A stretch of 28,225 nt of DNA from Acidobacteriota bacterium. Its GTDB lineage: Bacteria > Acidobacteriota > Terriglobia > 20CM-2-55-15. Position 1 is the first letter of the stretch. Every line of letters begins with the position of its first letter. The notes under the pieces are model-generated. The model was not told the origin of the DNA and made no database searches. It saw nothing but the letters and a program-made list of their open reading frames with translations. Below, in pieces: positions 25,745 to 28,225 of the stretch. The translations under genes were made by a program, and so were the position numbers. The DNA lies in NCBI GenBank assembly GCA_003222755.1, contig QHXA01000102.1:8254-36478 (forward strand). Direction: 5' to 3'.

Positions 25745-26381
25745 TCAAGCTGCACGTCTGATGAGCTCGCGGACTTCCTCGTCTGTGGTCTGCCTGAAAT
25801 CAGCGTACGAGCCGCCAACGGCATAAAACGGTTCGGGTGTCAGCGGACAAACAATATCATCCGCCGTTGTTCGAAGCTCAGCGCATGTTTCTGCCGGCGC
25901 CGTGGGCACAGCAACGATGATTCGCGCGGGCTGTTGCTGTCGCAACGCAGCAACGGCGGCTTTCATCGTTGATCCTGTGGCAAGGCCATCATCGACGACG
26001 ATAACAATGCGACCCTTCCACGAAAGGCGCTGGTCTATCGCCCCGATAGAGGCGCTCGCGGCGTTCCAGTTCGTTTCGTTCATTCGCCGTGACCAGATCA
26101 ACGGTTTGGGGGGAAATGCGAAGTTCGCGGATGATTCCCTCGTGCACAATTCGGATCCCGCCGGTTGCGATCGCACCCATGCCCAGCTCCTCGTGCCCTG
26201 GAACGCCTAACTTGCGGACGATGAACACATCCAGCGGCGCATTCAGTTCCCGAGCCACTTCATACGCTACGGGCACACCACCACGCGGAAGACCCAAAAC
26301 CAGAACGTCACTGCGGGTCTTGTAGGATTCAAGATGTCGGGCTAATACCTGACCTGCCTCAATACGATCGCGGAAATACAC
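25745..26381 (-). pseudogene. Phosphoribosyltransferase-family gene with a +1 frameshift near 26014
   Basis: [40 protein letters not shown] in one frame; [19 protein letters not shown] in the next. Deleting one G from GTGGAAGGGTCGC restores VEGRI. SD GGAGG before GTG 26381. Confidence 0.88.
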
Positions 26382-26448
26382 ACCGGCCTCCGGAGGGGTG
26401 CTTCTTAATTTTGGACGAGCACAAAGCAGATCCGCGAGTGGAACGAGT

Positions 26449-26502
26449 TGGACCATAAATGGGCATGGCACGCTTGGTCCATAGACGATGGACCAAGTGC
26501 CA
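26449..26502. promoter_or_regulatory. Inverted repeat plus three TGGWCCA sites between divergent genes
   Basis: CTTGGTCCAT-agacg-ATGGACCAAG (10-bp arms, extendable to TGGCA/TGCCA); TGGWCCA at 26449, 26475 and 26489. Confidence 0.45.
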
Positions 26503-26505
26503 TTT

Positions 26506-26511
26506 TAGAAT
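26506..26511 (+). promoter_or_regulatory. -10 TAGAAT, 6 nt upstream of GTG 26518 (leaderless geometry)
   Basis: tttTAGAATcaagcgGTG; no SD. Confidence 0.45.
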
Positions 26512-26517
26512 CAAGCG

Positions 26518-27018
26518 GTGCAAACGGTACTACTTATCTTTGCGGTGCTTCAGACGATTCAAATTCCCTCACCTGTGCCCAGGGTACGTGGCGACAGATT
26601 CCAAGTCATCGTGCCGCAGGGCTGGAGAACGCTGAATGACGGAGGATTTGTGTTGCTGGGGCATTCGTCAGGCGCTTCGCTGCTCGTCGAGAGGATCGAT
26701 AGAACGAATAACCTTCCGGCGTACGCGCAGCGTCAAGCCGAGCGGATCATGCTGCCGCTTGGCTTCGCAAGGATTGGAGAACCACGCTTTTTCAAGGACG
26801 CGCATGACGAGTGGGTGCAATACGAAATTCGAGGCAACCGGTTAACCGACCACCGGCGCATTCTCTATAGGGTGCTTAGGCGCGATTCCAGTTTTTTTGA
26901 ATTTGTTTTTGAAGCAGGTGAGGATCTCTTCAGTGTGCTTTTGACGGAGGCACAGGAAATTGCGTCCTCCGTCCAGGCTGTCATCGAGGCGCCGCCGGTC
27001 CGAAGAGTGCGCCGTTAG
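26518..27018 (+). CDS. Hypothetical, probably secreted protein (possible PsbP/DcrB-like fold)
   Basis: Hydrophobic N-terminus, FQVIVPQGW motif, and a beta-rich core ending in an amphipathic helix. Confidence 0.7.
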   Translation: MQTVLLIFAVLQTIQIPSPVPRVRGDRFQVIVPQGWRTLNDGGFVLLGHSSGASLLVERIDRTNNLPAYAQRQAERIMLPLGFARIGEPRFFKDAHDEWVQYEIRGNRLTDHRRILYRVLRRDSSFFEFVFEAGEDLFSVLLTEAQEIASSVQAVIEAPPVRRVRR

Positions 27019-28223
27019 TTCTTGCTGAAATAAGGGTGGGTTAATAACGCGGGCTTCTGCTGCGTTCCTGTGGGCCGCTTCAACTCAACTTCCTCCAACA
27101 ACACCGAAGGTGCAACGATACTGGTGGGCGTTGGAAGTTCGTTGCTGCCTGTCAGGCGATTGGTCACGAAAGCATCATTTCCGACTGCCTCGATCTGCCG
27201 CAACGAGCGGATCGGTATCGCCTGAGCGAATGCACCTCGAATCAGTTCCTCGTGGCCATCCGCCACGTAAACCTTGTAGGTCAGCACGGGCGCGCCGATC
27301 GGACTTCGACCATCACCAACGAGGGCTTTGATGAGAAGACCGTATTGAAGATTCTCTTCCTGGCACATCTTGATCAGTTGTTGCTTCAGATCTTCGTAGG
27401 TTTTTCCTTCGCTCGATTGGATGAATAAGTTTCCGATCTGCGCCGTCTCCCTCCCCGGAATGCCCGAACGGCCGTGTCCGTTCGACTGTGGCATGTCTTT
27501 GGCGGGACGGCGGGACATCAGAAAGTTTTTTAGCACGCCCTGCTCGATGAGCGAAACGCGCCGTGCCGGAACACCTTGATCGTCCACCTGATAATGTCCC
27601 AGCAACTCCTGGTTCCCGATACGTTGTGTTGTCGGATCATCGAACACCGAAAGGAAGCGCGGCAGCACCGGCCGGTTCATTCGATCGACCAGTTCGCTGC
27701 GTGTTGCCTGTGCTTGCTGTTGATCTGTGAGAGGCAACCGCTGACCGGAAAGGTTCGGCACCAGAACCCGAGCAAACATCTCCGCCGACGCTTGGCCGGT
27801 GAACAATACTGGACCGGAATAATCTGCATCGAGCACAGGAGCCGACCGCAGAGCGGTCAATTCGCCAGCCATCTGCCGAATTGCCTTTGCAACCTCGCGC
27901 TCCGGAGGAAGCTGATCGAAGTTGGCGGCGTTCAATGGAATCCAATGCCGCAGACGCATGCCATCGGCAGCCTCGGCGCCTGCGTCCACTTCAACGGATA
28001 CCAACATCGAGGGCTGAAGCGTGCGAGTGCCTTCACTGTTCACCAGATACCGATACGTGACTTGAGCTTCGACGACCACACTCGATTCGTCGATTTCCGG
28101 GAAATCTTTAAAGACGGCCGACCAGTCTCGAACCTGATTTTCCCAGCCGCCTTTGTCGATCTCAAATCCGCGCCGCACGGCAACGGCAGTGACTGGTTTC
28201 TCTTTCGAGAAGTCGGGAATCGG
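27015..28223 (-). CDS. TldD/PmbA-related metallopeptidase-family protein, C-terminal part (5' end outside window)
   Basis: The frame is open to the window edge (PDFSKEKP). Motifs YSGPVLF, DDPT, DDQGVPA, LIEQGVLK.FLMSR, SNGHGR, GNLFI, APSVLLEE. Confidence 0.85.
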   Translation of the reverse strand, partial: PIPDFSKEKPVTAVAVRRGFEIDKGGWENQVRDWSAVFKDFPEIDESSVVVEAQVTYRYLVNSEGTRTLQPSMLVSVEVDAGAEAADGMRLRHWIPLNAANFDQLPPEREVAKAIRQMAGELTALRSAPVLDADYSGPVLFTGQASAEMFARVLVPNLSGQRLPLTDQQQAQATRSELVDRMNRPVLPRFLSVFDDPTTQRIGNQELLGHYQVDDQGVPARRVSLIEQGVLKNFLMSRRPAKDMPQSNGHGRSGIPGRETAQIGNLFIQSSEGKTYEDLKQQLIKMCQEENLQYGLLIKALVGDGRSPIGAPVLTYKVYVADGHEELIRGAFAQAIPIRSLRQIEAVGNDAFVTNRLTGSNELPTPTSIVAPSVLLEEVELKRPTGTQQKPALLTHPYFSKN

Positions 28224-28225
28224 TT

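Noticed and set aside
26011-26020. Programmed frameshift in the PRTase gene
   Set aside because: No canonical slippery heptamer or stimulator, and no known recoding in this family; a simple indel is likelier.

Overview
A housekeeping-rich bacterial window, most likely Acidobacteriota. This is inferred from the short PheT lacking the B2 domain, the RimM 'ARIIKTQG' N-terminus and an LPxTA-tailed secreted protein; it was not checked by search. Left to right it holds the 3' end of an RNase HI-family gene, leuS, an orphan HTH gene, divergent pyrimidine operons (pyrR-pyrB-pyrC-M20 peptidase / pyrD-pyrF), and a minus-strand block. That block runs infC-rpmI-rplT-pheS-pheT-zapB-zapA-6S RNA-ymdB-ffh-rpsP-khpA-rimM-trmD-rplS-membrane protein-thiE. 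A TGS-less thrS points away from infC. Next is a ~5 kb cluster of small general-stress-type genes with two sigma54-type promoters and three disrupted genes, then a secreted hypothetical and a partial TldD-related gene. No tRNA, rRNA, CRISPR array, transposase or integrase was seen. The most notable observations are: (1) a modular TTAG-footed hairpin repeat family at three intergenic sites of the translation operons; (2) rimM with no canonical start codon for its conserved N-terminus, in frame behind the khpA stop, alongside an AUC-start infC; (3) three helically phased 10-bp repeats between the pyr promoters with no visible PyrR attenuator; (4) many apparently leaderless genes; (5) an unlisted 45-aa membrane sORF; (6) a sigma54-preceded, sortase-signal, low-complexity secreted protein. 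Family names come from motif recognition and recall, not database searches. Nothing here is proven novel.
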